Source: an uncultured Candidatus Rokubacteria bacterium (GTDB taxonomy: Bacteria > Methylomirabilota > Methylomirabilia > Rokubacteriales > CSP1-6). From it: a stretch of 64,000 nucleotides of DNA. Location of the stretch: the NCBI GenBank assembly GCA_963758635.1, contig CAVWWD010000003.1:160001-224000 (forward strand), given 5' to 3'. The position numbers and the translations under genes were made by a program. The number at the start of each line of letters is the position of its first letter. Position 1 is the stretch's first letter. A model generated the notes under the pieces. It did no database searches, had not been told where the DNA came from, and saw nothing but the letters and a program-made list of their open reading frames with translations. Below are positions 25,926-36,247 of this stretch, one piece after another.

Positions 25926-27859
25926 TCAGCCCCGGTCCGCGCGCTCCGCCGGGATGAGCGGCAGCACCACCTTCGAGGCGCGCCCCCGCTCGTGGAACAC
26001 GGTGTTGTCGGCCACCGCGCGCCGGCGGTCGCGGCCGAGGGGCTCGCCCGTGTTCGGGTTCACGTCGAAGCGCGGATGGTTCGAGCTCGAGACGTCCAGC
26101 CGGATCCGGTGGCCGGGCATGAAGAGGTTGCTCGTCGGGTAGAGCGTGATCGTCACCTGCACCGGCTCGCCCGGCTTCATCGGCTCGCCGCGCTCGCGCC
26201 CGTCACGGTAGCGGAGCCGGACGATGCTGTCGGTCAGGTTGAGCGCGTAGCCCTGCGGATACCACGGGCTCGGCGGGTACCAGTCGACCAGCTTCGCCGT
26301 GAAGTCGGTGTCCGCTGCCGACGTCGTGACCCAGAGCGACACCTCGATGGGGCCGGTCACCTCCACCGGCTCGGCGAGCGGCTCGGTGTGGAACACGAGC
26401 ACGTCGGGCCGGGAGCCCAGGGGAAGGTAGGGCGGCCGGCAGCCGTAGAACTCCGGCCCCTCGTGCTGATCGAATCCGCCCGGCTGCATGATGTCCCGGG
26501 TGCGCTCGCCGCGGCCCACGAAGGAGGGGTCGGCGATCCCCGCGGGCAACGGCAGCACGTCGCGCAGGGACGAGACGTTGCCGCCCACCGACGGCACCGG
26601 GTTGGCAGGGTCGAAGCGATACGTGGTGCGGGAGCGCTCCTCCCGGGGCGGCTCGCGCCGGAGCCCGCCGTCGGCGTGGAGGTAGAAGTCGGTGAACGCC
26701 GTCCGGGCCAGCGGCCACTCCTGCTCGTCGCGCCAGCGGCCCCCGTGCACGAGGCGTCCCGCGCCCGAGCGCCGGCCCGAGCCGCCGCCCATCACGAAGA
26801 TGCGCACGGGCGCCTCCCGGTCGAGGCCGTTATCCACCCCGCGCAGCCATCGATCGAACCAGCGCAGGTGGAGCTCGTCGAAGCTCGGCAGCGCGGCCTC
26901 GGGGCCGAATTCCACGTCGCCAGCGTGGGACAGCTCGACCGTCTTCGACCCGTGCGTCCACGGCCCCAGCAGCACGCGCACGGGCCCGCGCTTCCGCTCG
27001 GCCAGGCCCTTCCAGTTCTGGAACGTGGCCCGCGTGTACGAGTCGTACCAGCCGCCCACGAACAGGATGGGGGCGTCGGGGAAGCGCTCCCAGTGCGCGC
27101 GGGGGTTCAAGCTCGGGTGCCGCCAGTAGTCGTCGTAGTCCGCCCGCGTGAGGATCTCGAGCGCCCACTTCTCGTAGGGCGGCACCAGGGCGAGCTGCGT
27201 CTGGCCGGGCCGGATCGGCATGCGCTTGAGCCAGTCCGAGAACGGCGGGGCGCCGAGGGCGAGGGCGCCGCCCACGAACGGCTGCGCGCGGAGCGCGGCC
27301 TGCGTGTTGTACGCCGAGTGCCAGAACGCCCAGGCGAGGAAGCGCAGCTCGAGCGCGCCGCCGTGCCGCACCGAGCTCTCGTGCGCGTCGGCCCCGCTCA
27401 TGTTCGGCACCATGGCGGCGAGGCCGTCGCCGCCGAGCGCGGCCATGGCCGTCTGCGTCCAGCCCGACCACGACGTGCCGAACGAGCCCACGACGCCGCT
27501 GGCCCACGCCTGGCGCTTGATCCAGGCCAGCGTGTCGGCGCCGTCCTCCGCCTCGGGGACCAGGAAGTTCACGTCGCCCTCGGAGGCGAAGCAGCCGCGG
27601 CAGTCCTGGTTCACCACCACGTACCCGCGCGACGCGAACCACCGGCACTCGCCGAGCGTCGCCTCCGTCTCCGCCTTGTTGTACGGCGTGCGATGCAGGA
27701 GCACGGGACGCGGTTCGTGGAGCGGACGCCGCCGCGCGCGGGCCGGTAGACGTTGGTGGCCAGGCGCGCGCCGTCGCGCATGGGGACCATGACGTTGGCC
27801 TCCAGGTGCACCTCGAACTCGGGACGCGAGCCGTGAGCCAGCGGATCGATCTCTCTCAT
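25926..27859 (-). CDS. CocE/NonD family hydrolase; frameshift near 27720
   Basis: VPMRDGARLATNVYRP, RTPYNK, GTSWSG nucleophile elbow, GGWYD, GPWTH, RLDVSSSNHPRFD. Confidence 0.9.
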
Positions 27860-27894
27860 GCTTCCTCCGGGGAGCTGGAACGGGTACGCTGGCA

Positions 27895-28329
27895 TCATCG
27901 AGCGCGCTGATGATACTCCGGCGTGCGCGCGGCCGCGCCCAGGCGACGGTCGAAGGTCGCGATCGTCGCTGCGCGCGCCGAGATCGCGAGGGCCAGGTGG
28001 AGCGCATCGGCCGCGCGCAGAGTCACGTCGCGGCGGTCGAGCAAGAGGCGCTCGGCGTCGCGATGGATGCCGCGATCGAGATCGACGTGGCCGTATGGTC
28101 CGGCGTCGAGTCCGGCGACGAGACCGCGGCGGACGACGCGCGCCTGCTCCGATGAAAGCTCTCCATCGCGGACGCGCCGCGCGAGGGCGGAGACGATCTC
28201 GGTCACCGTCAGGTCGGACGCGAGGAGGTCATCTCGCCCCTCGAGTGCTCGGTCGAGGTCGTCGCTGCCGGGCTCCGGCAAGTAGAGCTTCAGGAGCGCG
28301 CTGGAGTCGAAGTACACGGGCCCGGCCAC
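27895..28329 (-). CDS. vapC: VapC/PIN-domain toxin
   Basis: YFDSSALLKLY, LRAADALHLALA, TFDRRL. Confidence 0.85.
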   Translation of the reverse strand: MAGPVYFDSSALLKLYLPEPGSDDLDRALEGRDDLLASDLTVTEIVSALARRVRDGELSSEQARVVRRGLVAGLDAGPYGHVDLDRGIHRDAERLLLDRRDVTLRAADALHLALAISARAATIATFDRRLGAAARTPEYHQRAR

Positions 28330-28457
28330 GCGATCGCCGTACCGAGCGGGTCGCTCACGGACGCGACCGCGCCGCGGGTCGGGCCGCATCATTCGCGAGC
28401 GGAGGCGGACCCTGAACAGGGTGTGCGTCCGGTGAACCTGTTCATGAATCGTCCGCG

Positions 28458-28694
28458 CTAGATGCGGTCTTCACGCTCGTCGATCACCGTCTGGGACAGG
28501 GGAGGATCGAGGACGGGCATGCGCTTGCGAAAGGGCGCGAGACTGGTGAACCGTCGATGGCGAGGCGGGTCGGGCGGGACGAGCTTGGCGACGGGCTTTC
28601 CCCGCTCCGTGATCAGGACTTCGCGCCCCTTCTTCACCTCATCGAGCAGCCCGGAAAGGTTCTGGCGCGCTTCCCGCACACCTGCCGTGCGCAT
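28458..28694 (-). CDS. Phd/YefM family antitoxin
   Basis: GVREARQNLSGLLDEVKKGREVLITERGKPVAKLVP. Confidence 0.9.
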   Translation of the reverse strand: MRTAGVREARQNLSGLLDEVKKGREVLITERGKPVAKLVPPDPPRHRRFTSLAPFRKRMPVLDPPLSQTVIDEREDRI

Positions 28695-28700
28695 GGCGGA

Positions 28701-28729
28701 AGTGTGCTACATGTAGCACCAGAAGTCAA
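28701..28729 (-). promoter_or_regulatory. TA promoter containing a perfect 16-bp palindromic operator
   Basis: TTGACT-17bp-CACACT on the minus strand; GTGCTACATGTAGCAC (28704-28719) overlaps the spacer and -10. Confidence 0.7.
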
Positions 28730-28762
28730 CCACCCGTGCGCGCGCCTCGAAGAAAGGCCCGA

Positions 28763-29947
28763 TCAGTACGAGCGGGGCATCCCGAGCACGTGCTGACCGA
28801 CGTAGGCCATGACGAGGTTGTTGTTGATGGGCGCCGTCTTGTACAGACGCGCCTCCCGGAACTTGCGCTCGACGTCGTACTCCTCGGCGTACCCGTAGCC
28901 GCCGTGGCAGTCGATGCACGCGTTGGCCGCGTCCCACGCCGCTTCCGCGGCCAGGTACTTCGCCATGTTCGCCTCCGGCCCGCACGGCTGGCCGGCGTCG
29001 AAGAGCTTGGCCGCCTTCGTGCGCATGAGGTCGGCGGCCTCGAGCGCCATGTGCGCCTTGGCGATGGGGAACTGCACGCCCTGGTTGGCGCCGATCGGCT
29101 TGCCGAAGATCACGCGCTGCTGCGAGTACCCGACGGCCTTGTCCACGAACCAGCGGCCGTCGCCGAGGGAGTCCGAGGCCACCAGGATGCGCTCCGCGTT
29201 CATGCCGTCCAGGATGTACGCGAAGCCCTTCCCCTCCTCGCCGATCAGGCTGTCGGCGGGGATCTCCATGTTGTCGAAGAAGAGCGCGTTGGTGGAGTGG
29301 TTCATCATCATGCGCAGGGGGCGCACCTCGAGGCCGTGGCCCTTGAGCGGGCGGATGTCGACCAGGAACACGCTCAGCCCGGACGTGCGCTGCTTCACCT
29401 TGTCGACCGGCGTCGTGCGCGCGAGCAGCAGCATCAGGTCGGACTGGAGCACGCGCGAGATGAACATCTTCTGCCCGTTCACGACGTAGCGGTCGCCCTT
29501 GCGGACGGCGGTGGTCTGGAGCTGCGTGGTGTCGGAGCCCGCGTTGGGCTCGGTGACGCCGAAGGCCTGCAGCCGGAGCTCGCCGGTGGCGATCTTGGGG
29601 AGGTAGGCCTCCTTCTGCGCCGCCGAGCCGTGACGGAGGACCGTGCCCATGATGTACATCTGGGCGTGGCACGCGCCGGCGTTGCCGCCCGAGCGGTTGA
29701 TCTCCTCGAGGACGATCGCGCCCTCCATGATGCCGAGGCCGCCCCCGCCGTACTCCTCGGGGATGAGCACGCCGAGGAACCCCGCGCGCGTCAGCTCGTC
29801 GACGAACGCCTCCGGGTACTCCCGCTTGGCGTCCAGCTCGCGCCAGTACTCCGGGGGGTACTTCTTGCACAGCTCGCCGACCGCGGCCTTGAGCTGGCGC
29901 TGCTCGTCGGTGAGCGCGAACGGATGGTCGCCCGAGCCTGCCGTCAT
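28763..29947 (-). CDS. Acyl-CoA dehydrogenase
   Basis: GVTEPNAGSD, NGQKMFIS, GGYGYAEEYDVERKFRE. Confidence 0.94.
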   Translation of the reverse strand: MTAGSGDHPFALTDEQRQLKAAVGELCKKYPPEYWRELDAKREYPEAFVDELTRAGFLGVLIPEEYGGGGLGIMEGAIVLEEINRSGGNAGACHAQMYIMGTVLRHGSAAQKEAYLPKIATGELRLQAFGVTEPNAGSDTTQLQTTAVRKGDRYVVNGQKMFISRVLQSDLMLLLARTTPVDKVKQRTSGLSVFLVDIRPLKGHGLEVRPLRMMMNHSTNALFFDNMEIPADSLIGEEGKGFAYILDGMNAERILVASDSLGDGRWFVDKAVGYSQQRVIFGKPIGANQGVQFPIAKAHMALEAADLMRTKAAKLFDAGQPCGPEANMAKYLAAEAAWDAANACIDCHGGYGYAEEYDVERKFREARLYKTAPINNNLVMAYVGQHVLGMPRSY

Positions 29948-30024
29948 CCCGCTTCTCCTCTAGAGCCGCGCCCGTGTGCCGAGCGGTGGTCGACCCGTGG
30001 CGCCGTACCCTCATCCGGCGCGGG

Positions 30025-30820
30025 CTAGCGTCCCTGGAAGCGCGGCTTCCGCTTCTCGTTGAACGCGCGGACGCCTTCCAGCCGGTCGTCCGTGGTGACC
30101 GTGTTGTTGTAGGCCTCGATGCTCAGGGTGAGTCCGGTCCAGAGGTCGGTCTCCGCGCCCCACGCGATGGCCTTCTTCGCCTGCCGCACCGCCACCGGGC
30201 CGTTGTCGGCGATGGTCGCGGCGATCTCGAGGGCGCGCGCCCGCGCCTGGCCCCGCGGCACCACGTGGTTCACGAGGCCGATGGCCTTGGCCTCCTCGGC
30301 GGGGACCCGGCGTCCCGTGAAGATGATCTCCTTCGCGAGCGGCGCGCCGACCACGCGCGGGAGGTACTGGGTGCCGCCCACGCCGGGGAAGATCCCGCGC
30401 GTCACCTCGGGCAGCGCGAACACCGCCGTCTCGCTCGCCACCACGAAGTCGCTCGCCGCGGCCAGCTCGCACCCGCCGCCCATCGCGAACCCCTCGACCG
30501 CGGCGATCACGGGGACCGGGCAGCGCAGCACCCGGAACGTCGCCTCCTCGAAGATCTGGTGCTGGGCCCGCCACGTCTCGTCGGTCATGCCCTCGCGCTC
30601 CTTGAGGTCGCCGCCGACGCAGAACGCGCGATCGCCCGCGCCCGCGAACACGACGGCGCGCACCTCGCGGTCCCACTGGAAGGCGTCGAAGCAGCGCAGG
30701 AGGTCCCCGCCCATCGCGGTGTTCATGGCGTTGAGCGCCTCGGGCCGGTGGAGCTCGACAGTGACGATGAAGCCGTCGGCGCTGCGGGTGACGACCAGCG
30801 TCTCATAGGTCGCCGCTATG
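30025..30820 (-). CDS. Enoyl-CoA hydratase/isomerase (start uncertain)
   Basis: RPEALNA, FCVGGDLKE, GFAMGGGCELA, LPEV..GIFPG.GGTQ. Confidence 0.9.
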
Positions 30821-31133
30821 CGCGGCCCTGTTGGCGGCTGCGGAAGACCTTCTGAATCACGCGGGTTTTCGCGCTGCAAGTCCTCTATCCGACAGTGATT
30901 TTGGCAGCCGGCAGCCGACTCCAGCGGCAAGTGCCCGGATGTCCTGGACCCCATCGCTGGTAGCGCCGTGGTAGCGCGATGGTAGCAGAGCAAGCCACGA
31001 AAGTGACAGCCGGCTGCTGGTGGCAGGTAGCAGGACTGGCAGCCGACTGAACATCCCTCTTGTGAGGCTATTGAGCCTGGGCGATGATCGGCCGCAGAGG
31101 GAACAGAATATGGGCCGCAGGAGGGAACGGAAC

Positions 31134-31397
31134 ATGCGGAAATTCGTGGTGCTGGTTCTGGCGGCGGCGATACTGCCCACGGTAGCGTTTGCGGGCGACA
31201 AGGTGCCGATCGATCAGGTGCCTGCCCCAGTCCGGGCGACGATTGAGAAGGAAACGAAGGGGGGCAGTATCACGGAAATCGAGCGCGAGACCAAGAGCGG
31301 GAAGAAGGTGTACGAGGTGGAATACGTCCGCGACAACAAGAAGTACGAGGTGGAAATCGCGGAGGATGGCAAGGTCCTGAAGCACAAGAAGGACTAA
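31134..31397 (+). CDS. Small secreted PepSY-like protein
   Basis: Signal peptide then VPAPVRATIEKE...YEVEY...YEVEIAEDGKVL; lower GC than flanks. Confidence 0.75.
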   Translation: MRKFVVLVLAAAILPTVAFAGDKVPIDQVPAPVRATIEKETKGGSITEIERETKSGKKVYEVEYVRDNKKYEVEIAEDGKVLKHKKD

Positions 31398-31584
31398 CCA
31401 AGGCCTCGCCCACCCGCCTGTAATCTTAGGGGGCCATGGCGCCCAAGTCCGGGTGGAGGGTCTGCTAGGGGGACCGGCCTCCTAGCAGACCAAGGCCCGC
31501 TGTCGGCCCATCGAGCGATGCACACGAGGCATGAGTGGGTAGCCAGCCCAGTCTACCGGTGGGTGCGCCCCCACCCGTAACTCC

Positions 31585-31705
31585 CAGCCACAGCTTCCGG
31601 CACACATACGCAAGACACCTGCTGGCCCTCCGGGGAAATCCGCCGTGCGTGAAGCAGCCGTCAGGGCACTCAAGCCTGGCCATGACTACTGAAACCTTCG
31701 ACAAA
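31585..31705 (+). pseudogene. Tyrosine recombinase C-terminal remnant
   Basis: HSFRHTYA...VKQPSGHSSLAMTTETF resembles box II HxLRH..LGH..TT..Y with the catalytic Tyr lost; no N-terminal part. Confidence 0.7.
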
Positions 31706-31822
31706 CGGCCTGCGGGCAGTGGCGTCAAGGGTGGGGCCGCGCTCTGCCGGATGGCCCAGGCCCAGTGGTGGGACTGAAGGGCCAGCCCTGGTAGCGCTAC
31801 CGGCCCGAGTGGTGGAAATACT

Positions 31823-33084
31823 CTACGGTCGAGTGGAAGACTTGCTTGTGTTTATCGGAACTTGCGGAGCAGTACCCACGTCGGCAGGGCCTGGGTCGAC
31901 GACATGGCGCTCCTTGAGCCTCGCGATGGCGGCGGCGTCGTATCCGAGCTCGGCCAGCACCTCGGCGGTGTGCTCGCCCAGCAGCGGAGGGACGCGGGTC
32001 ACCGGGGGCCGTTCGCCGTCCCAGCGGATGGGCAGGCTCACCGTGCGGTAGTCGGGCAGCCGCGGATGCTTGACCGGCGCGAGCATGCCGCTGGCCTCGG
32101 TCTGCGGCTCCGCGGCCAGCCGGTCCAGGGTGAGGATCGGCGCCGACGGCACCCCGGCCTGGCGCAGGCGGTCGAGGATCTCTCCGGAGGGCAGGGCGCG
32201 GGTCAGCGCGGCCAGCGTGTCGTAGAGCACGCCGCGGTTCTCCACGCGGCGCGGGTTGGTCGCGAAGCGCTCGTCGCGCGCGAGGTCGGGCGCGTCGAGC
32301 GCGGCCACCGTCTTCGCGAAGAGCGCGTCGGACGCCGCCGCGATCATCACCCACGCGTCCTGCGAGGGGAACGCCTCGTACGGGCGCGATCATCGCGGTG
32401 CCCGAGCCCTGGGGCCGCGGCACCTCGCCGGTGGCGAGGTGATGGTGCATCTGGAAGACGCCCCAGGCGATCGCGGTGTCGAACAGCGCGGTGGTCACGA
32501 GGGCGCCCCGCCCGGTGCGGTCGCGCTCGCGCAGCGCGGCGAGGATGCCGCTCACCGCCCACAGCCCGGTCCCCATGTCCACGAGCGACACGGGCACGCG
32601 CGCCGGCGGCTGCCCGGGGTGGCCGTTGATGGACATGATGCCGCCGTAGGCCTGCATCAGCGGGTCGTAGCCCGGGCGGTCGCGGTACGGGCCCTCGGTG
32701 CCGAAGGCGGTGATCGAGCAGTAGACGAGGCGCGGGTTGATCTCGCGCACGCGTTCCCACCCGAGCCCGAGCTCCTCCACCGCGCCGGCCCGGAGCGACT
32801 GGACGAGCACGTCGGCGCGCTCGACCAGCCGCTCGACGATGGCCCGACCCTCCGGCGCCTTCAGGTCCACGGCGAGGCTCCGCTTGTTGCGGTTGACGCT
32901 CATGAACGTCGCGCTCTCCGTCGCCCCAGTACGGAGGCGCCCACGCCCGCGCGTCGTCGCCCCGGCCGACCCGCTCCACCTTGACGACCTCCGCGCCCAT
33001 GTCGCCAAGGATCTGCGTGCAGTACGGGCCGGCGACGTTCTGCGTGAGGTCGGCGACGAGGATGCCCGCCAGGGGCGCGTTCAT
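31823..33084 (-). CDS. CaiB/BaiF CoA-transferase (family III); frameshifts near 32385 and 32935
   Basis: [36 protein letters not shown]. Confidence 0.88.
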
Positions 33085-33237
33085 GGAGCCCCGATTATAG
33101 CCCGGCGAGCGGAGGCCGGACGTGAATGGCCCATCGCCGGCGGACGTCTCAGGGGGTGACGCACGCTTCCGCCGTCGCGGTCTCCGCGGGCTCTCACGCG
33201 GGCCCGCCGTCGGAGACGACCCGAGGAGGAACGAACC

Positions 33238-33568
33238 ATGAAGCGCTTCGCGATCGCATCCATCGCCGCCCTGGCGCTCTCGCTCGCCCCGGCGCTCCTG
33301 ACCGCCCCCGCCGAGGCCGAGTCCCGCGTTCAGGGGCGTCCGGCGCCCGGGCGTGCACGCCGGCTTCCCGCGGCAGGCCTTCCATCCCGGCCACCGGTTC
33401 GATCGCGGCGGCCACGGCCACTTCCACGGCCGATTCGTCCATCCCGGCTTCCACGTGTACACCCCCTACGTGAGGCCTCACGTGGGTCCGGTGTGGGTGC
33501 CGACTCCCGGCTACTGGGCCTGGGACGGCTGGCGCTGGGTGTGGGCGACCGGATACTGGGCGCGCTGA
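33238..33568 (+). CDS. Small secreted Gly/His/aromatic-rich protein; frameshift near 33340
   Basis: GAGGAG SD, signal [18 protein letters not shown]-terminal [18 protein letters not shown] (YXWGXW-like). Confidence 0.6.
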
Positions 33569-33736
33569 CCCGCTGACGCGGTCACGAAGTCCCCGGGCCC
33601 GTCCGCGCCGGGCCCGGGGAGGATGCTCGCGCTCGTCCTCGCCGTGCCGTCCGCCTCTTGCGCCCGTCCGACAACGGTGGTTGATTATGGGGGCGCCCGC
33701 GCTTCGCGTCACGCTCACCTCATCAGGGAGGCCGGC

Positions 33737-34945
33737 ATGGAATTCGAGTACTCGGCGAAGACCAAGATGTACCTCGAGCAGATCACCGACTTCATGGGGA
33801 AGCACATCTACCCCAGCGAGCAGACCTACAAGGACCAGCTCGACGCCGGCCCCACGCGGTGGCAGGTGCCTCCCATCCTGGAGGAGCTGAAGGCGAAGGC
33901 GCGCGAGCGCGGCCTGTGGAACCTGTTCCTGCCCGAGAGCCAGCGCGGCGCCGGCCTGACCAACCTCGAGTACGCGCCCCTCTGCGAGCTCATGGGCCGC
34001 TCGCCGATCGCGCCGGAGACGTTCAACTGCTCCGCGCCCGACACCGGCAACATGGAGGTGCTGGAGCGCTACGGGACGCCCGAGCACAAGAAGCTGTGGC
34101 TCGAGCCGCTCATGGAAGGCAAGATCCGCTCCGCCTTCGCCATGACCGAGCCCAAGGTCGCGTCCTCGGACGCCACCAACATCGAGTCGTCGATCATCCG
34201 CGACGGCGACTCCTACGTGATCAACGGCCACAAGTGGTGGACCTCGGGCATCGGCGACCCGCGCTGCAAGATCCTCATCTTCATGGGCAAGACCGACGCC
34301 AGCAACCCCGACCGCTACAAGCAGCAGTCGATGATCCTCGTCCCGCGCGACACGCCCGGCATCAAGATCCTCCAGATGCTCACGGTGTTCGGGTACGACG
34401 ACGCGCCCCACGGCCACGGCGAGGTGCTCTTCGAGAACGTCCGCGTGCCCGCCTCGAACCTGCTCCTCGGCGAGGGGCGCGGCTTCGAGATCGCCCAGGG
34501 CCGGCTCGGGCCGGGACGCATCCACCACTGCATGCGGCAGATCGGCGTGGCCGAGCGCGCCATCGAGCTCATGTGCAAGCGCGCCATGCAGCGCACGGCC
34601 TTCGGCAAGCGCCTGGCCGACAACGACATCACGCTGGAGCGCATCGCCCAGGCGCGCATCGAGATCGACCAGGCCCGGCTCCTCGTCCTGCACGCCGCGC
34701 ACATGATGGACACCGTCGGCAACAAGGTGGCGCGGCAGGCCATCGCCGAGATCAAGGTCGCGGTGCCGAACATGACCGGGCGCGTGGTGGACTGGGCGAT
34801 GCAGGTGCACGGCGGCGGCGGCGTCAGCCAGGTGTTCCCGCTCGCGAGCATGTGGGCGCACTCGCGGACGCTGCGCTTCGCCGACGGCCCCGACGAGGTG
34901 CATCGGCGCCAGATCGGCCGGCTCGAGCTGCGCAAGCACGCCTGA
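33737..34945 (+). CDS. Acyl-CoA dehydrogenase (ACAD10/11, FadE2-like)
   Basis: [49 protein letters not shown]. Confidence 0.94.
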   Translation: MEFEYSAKTKMYLEQITDFMGKHIYPSEQTYKDQLDAGPTRWQVPPILEELKAKARERGLWNLFLPESQRGAGLTNLEYAPLCELMGRSPIAPETFNCSAPDTGNMEVLERYGTPEHKKLWLEPLMEGKIRSAFAMTEPKVASSDATNIESSIIRDGDSYVINGHKWWTSGIGDPRCKILIFMGKTDASNPDRYKQQSMILVPRDTPGIKILQMLTVFGYDDAPHGHGEVLFENVRVPASNLLLGEGRGFEIAQGRLGPGRIHHCMRQIGVAERAIELMCKRAMQRTAFGKRLADNDITLERIAQARIEIDQARLLVLHAAHMMDTVGNKVARQAIAEIKVAVPNMTGRVVDWAMQVHGGGGVSQVFPLASMWAHSRTLRFADGPDEVHRRQIGRLELRKHA

Positions 34946-35159
34946 GACCCCGGGAAGGGCGAGGTCGCCCGTCACCTTCGACGGGCGGGCAGAGCCGAAA
35001 TAGGTTCTCGACACCGAAACGTCGTGTCGTGGGCCTCGTCGCTGAAGCTGGCGGCGGGGCCCTTTCGTTTGTCCAGCGGGGGATCCCGCGGTTCGAGCGG
35101 CACGCCGCCTGGCCGGGGCGCTGGTGCCCCTCGTCGCGCTCGGCTAGACTCCCAGCGGC

Positions 35160-36155
35160 ATGCGCCTGATCGGACTCGCGGTCGCGCTCACTCTCGTCCT
35201 CACCCTTGCGCCGCTCGCTCCCGAGGCGCAGACGGCGGGGAAGGTGCCCCGGGTGGGTGTTCTGAGTCTGCAATCCGGTTCTGACCCTGAGGTCAAGCGT
35301 GCCGTGGATGTCTTCCAGCAAGCGCTCCGCGAGCTTGGCCACGTGGAAGGTCAGAGCGTCGCGATCGAGTACCGATTCGCGGAGACGATGGCCGAACGGC
35401 TTCCCGACCTTGCCGCCGAGCTGGTCCGTTTGAAGGTGGACGTGATCGTGACGTTCGGGGGCGGTGTGCCACCAGCTCAGGCTGCCCAACGAGCGACCAA
35501 GGCGATTCCGATCATCGCGGCCGGCGTTGCCGATCCAGTGGCGGACGGACTCGTCGCCAGCCTCGCACGACCGGGAGGCAACATCACCGGGCCCGCCATG
35601 ATCTCGCACGAACTGGTGGGGAAGGAGCTGGAGCTGCTCAGGGAGATCGTGCCACGGGTTTCCCGGGTGGCCATTCTCTGGAATCCGGCCAATCCCGGGA
35701 ACGTGCAGCAGTTGCGAGCGGCGGAGGCCGCGGCCCCGGCGCAGGGGGTGCGGCTTCAGCCCGTCGAGGTGCGTGCTCCCGGCGAGATCGACAGGGCCTT
35801 CGCGGCGATGACACGAGAGCGCGCCGGGGCGCTTGTCGTCCTGCTGGACGCGATCTTCTACGATCAGCGAGCACGGATCGTGGACCTCGCGGCAAGGAAC
35901 CGCCTGCCCGCCGTGTACGGCTACAGCGTGTTTGCGGATGCCGGGGGCCTCGTGACATATGGCGCGAATCGCTTTGACCTCCTCCGCAGGACGGCGGCCT
36001 ACGTGGACAGGATTCTCAAGGGGGCGAAGCCCGCTGACCTGCCCGTGGAACAGCCCACGACGTTCGAGCTGGTGATCAACCTCAAGACAGCGAAGGCGAT
36101 TGGCCTCACCATTCCTCCGTCCGTGCTGGGGCGGGCGGATCGGGTGATCCGGTAG
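35160..36155 (+). CDS. Orphan ABC transporter substrate-binding protein (ABC_sub_bind family)
   Basis: LAAELVRLKVDVIV, SLARPGGNITG, ILKGAKPADLPVEQPTTFELVINLKTAKA. Confidence 0.92.
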   Translation: MRLIGLAVALTLVLTLAPLAPEAQTAGKVPRVGVLSLQSGSDPEVKRAVDVFQQALRELGHVEGQSVAIEYRFAETMAERLPDLAAELVRLKVDVIVTFGGGVPPAQAAQRATKAIPIIAAGVADPVADGLVASLARPGGNITGPAMISHELVGKELELLREIVPRVSRVAILWNPANPGNVQQLRAAEAAAPAQGVRLQPVEVRAPGEIDRAFAAMTRERAGALVVLLDAIFYDQRARIVDLAARNRLPAVYGYSVFADAGGLVTYGANRFDLLRRTAAYVDRILKGAKPADLPVEQPTTFELVINLKTAKAIGLTIPPSVLGRADRVIR

Positions 36156-36247
36156 CGCGTGCGGCCATGAGACCCGCCACTCGCCCAGGCCCGGGGCGAA
36201 CGTGGCGAAGTCAGCGGGTGAGCGCCGAGGACCGAGGCGTGCGCGCG

